From Podarcis muralis (taxonomy: Eukaryota), in the NCBI RefSeq assembly GCF_964188315.1, contig NC_135656.1:51088001-51152000 (forward strand): 64,000 bases of DNA. Direction: 5' to 3'. The notes below the pieces were generated by a model. It was not told the origin of the DNA. It did not search any database and saw only the letters and a program-made list of their open reading frames with translations. Position 1 is the stretch's first letter. Each line of letters begins with the position of its first letter. Positions 62,880-64,000 of this stretch are shown piece by piece. A program made the translations under genes and the position numbers.

Positions 62880-64000
62880 TTTTATATATATATATATATT
62901 TTTATTAATTTTCCAACATAATTTTTATTAATTTTCCAATAAAAAACAATACAATAAACAATACATAAACACACAAACATATAAACACGTATAATTTCAC
63001 AACCTCCTTTTCATAAACCTTACTTCCCCGACTTCCCCATACCTCCCCCTTCTGCATCCCTATTTCAAAATTTCTTCAGCAACCCCTCACTTCAATTAAC
63101 TGATTACTCATTTTCTCCCCCCCCTTTCTTCTCTTACTTAATCAATTTACAGCTGTAATTCTATATTTTCTTAACCTTGACATTTTAGCACTCATCAATT
63201 TTACAACAATTCTTAAGATAAACTTTAAATTTCTTCCAATCTTCATCCACCGTCTCTTTTCCTTGGTCTCGGATTCTGCCGGTCATCTCCGCCAATCCCA
63301 TATAGTCAATCACTTTCGTCTGCCATTCTTCCAGCGTGGGTAGTTCTTGTGTCTTCCAATACTTTGCTAAGAGAATCCTTGCTGCTGTGGTAGCATACAT
63401 AAAAAACGTCCTATCTTTTCTTGACACCATTTGGCCGACCATGCCCTGGAGAAATGCCTCTGGTTTCTTATAAAAGGTACACTTAAGAACCTTCTTAATT
63501 TCATTATAGATCATTTCCCAAAAGGCCTTAATCCTCGGGCAAGTCCACCAAAGGTGATAAAATGTGCCTTCAGTTTCATTACATTTCCAGCATTTATTAT
63601 TGGGCAAGTGATAGATTTTTGCAAGCTTGACTGGGGTCATGTACCACCTATAAATCATTTTCATAATGTTTTCTCTTAAGGCATTACATGCCGTAAACTT
63701 TATACCGGTGGTCCATAACTGTTCCCAGTCAGCAAACATAATGTCATGACCAATATCTTGTGCCCACTTAATCATGGCTGACTTAACCGTTTCATCTTGT
63801 GTATTCCACTTCAGCAGCAGGTTATACATTCTTGACAAATTCTTAGTATTGGGTTCTAACAATTCTGTTTCTAATTTTGACCTCTCCATCTGAAAACCAA
63901 CTTTCCTGTCTTGTTTAAACACCTCCATTATTTGATGATAGTGAAGCCAATCTCGTACTTTAGACTTTAATTTCTCATAGCTCTGTAGTTTAACTTTTTC
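62880..64000 (-). mobile_element. L1-clade LINE ORF2 C-terminus (247-aa open frame 63185-63928) plus 3'UTR; runs off the window
   Basis: YRWYMTPVKLAKIYH..KCWKCNETEGTFYHLWWTCP (CCHC); homologous to 33570-34625; A/T-rich tail near 62880-62960. Confidence 0.95.

Overview
Vertebrate genomic DNA, almost certainly from a squamate and probably a lacertid lizard (inferred from Sauria/Squam1, Squam2 and Squam3 SINEs). The window holds the 5' part of SH3PXD2B (Tks4) on the + strand. It contains the CpG-island promoter (~3.9-5.8 kb) and coding exons 1-4 (5433-5504, 19875-19955, 46208-46283, 61088-61164; 72/81/76/77 nt, all GT-AG, frame continuous), which encode most of the PX domain. The gene continues past the window end. 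The rest is intronic or upstream sequence rich in transposon debris: SINEs, L1/L2/CR1/Penelope fragments, a decayed Tigger transposase, and many hAT and Tc1/Tigger MITEs with readable TIRs and TSDs. There is also a 128-N assembly gap. I found no new protein-coding system. The best leads are: (i) a candidate alternative first or cassette exon in intron 3 whose ATG is in frame with exon 4, which would give a PX-truncated Tks4; (ii) a young hAT MITE carrying CCCTAA telomere-like repeats that appears to have re-used the target site of an older hAT element; (iii) a 952-bp Tigger-type MITE built from nested GC-rich hairpin modules; (iv) a candidate 15-nt in-frame microexon in intron 1. TE family names come from pattern recognition, not from a database search.
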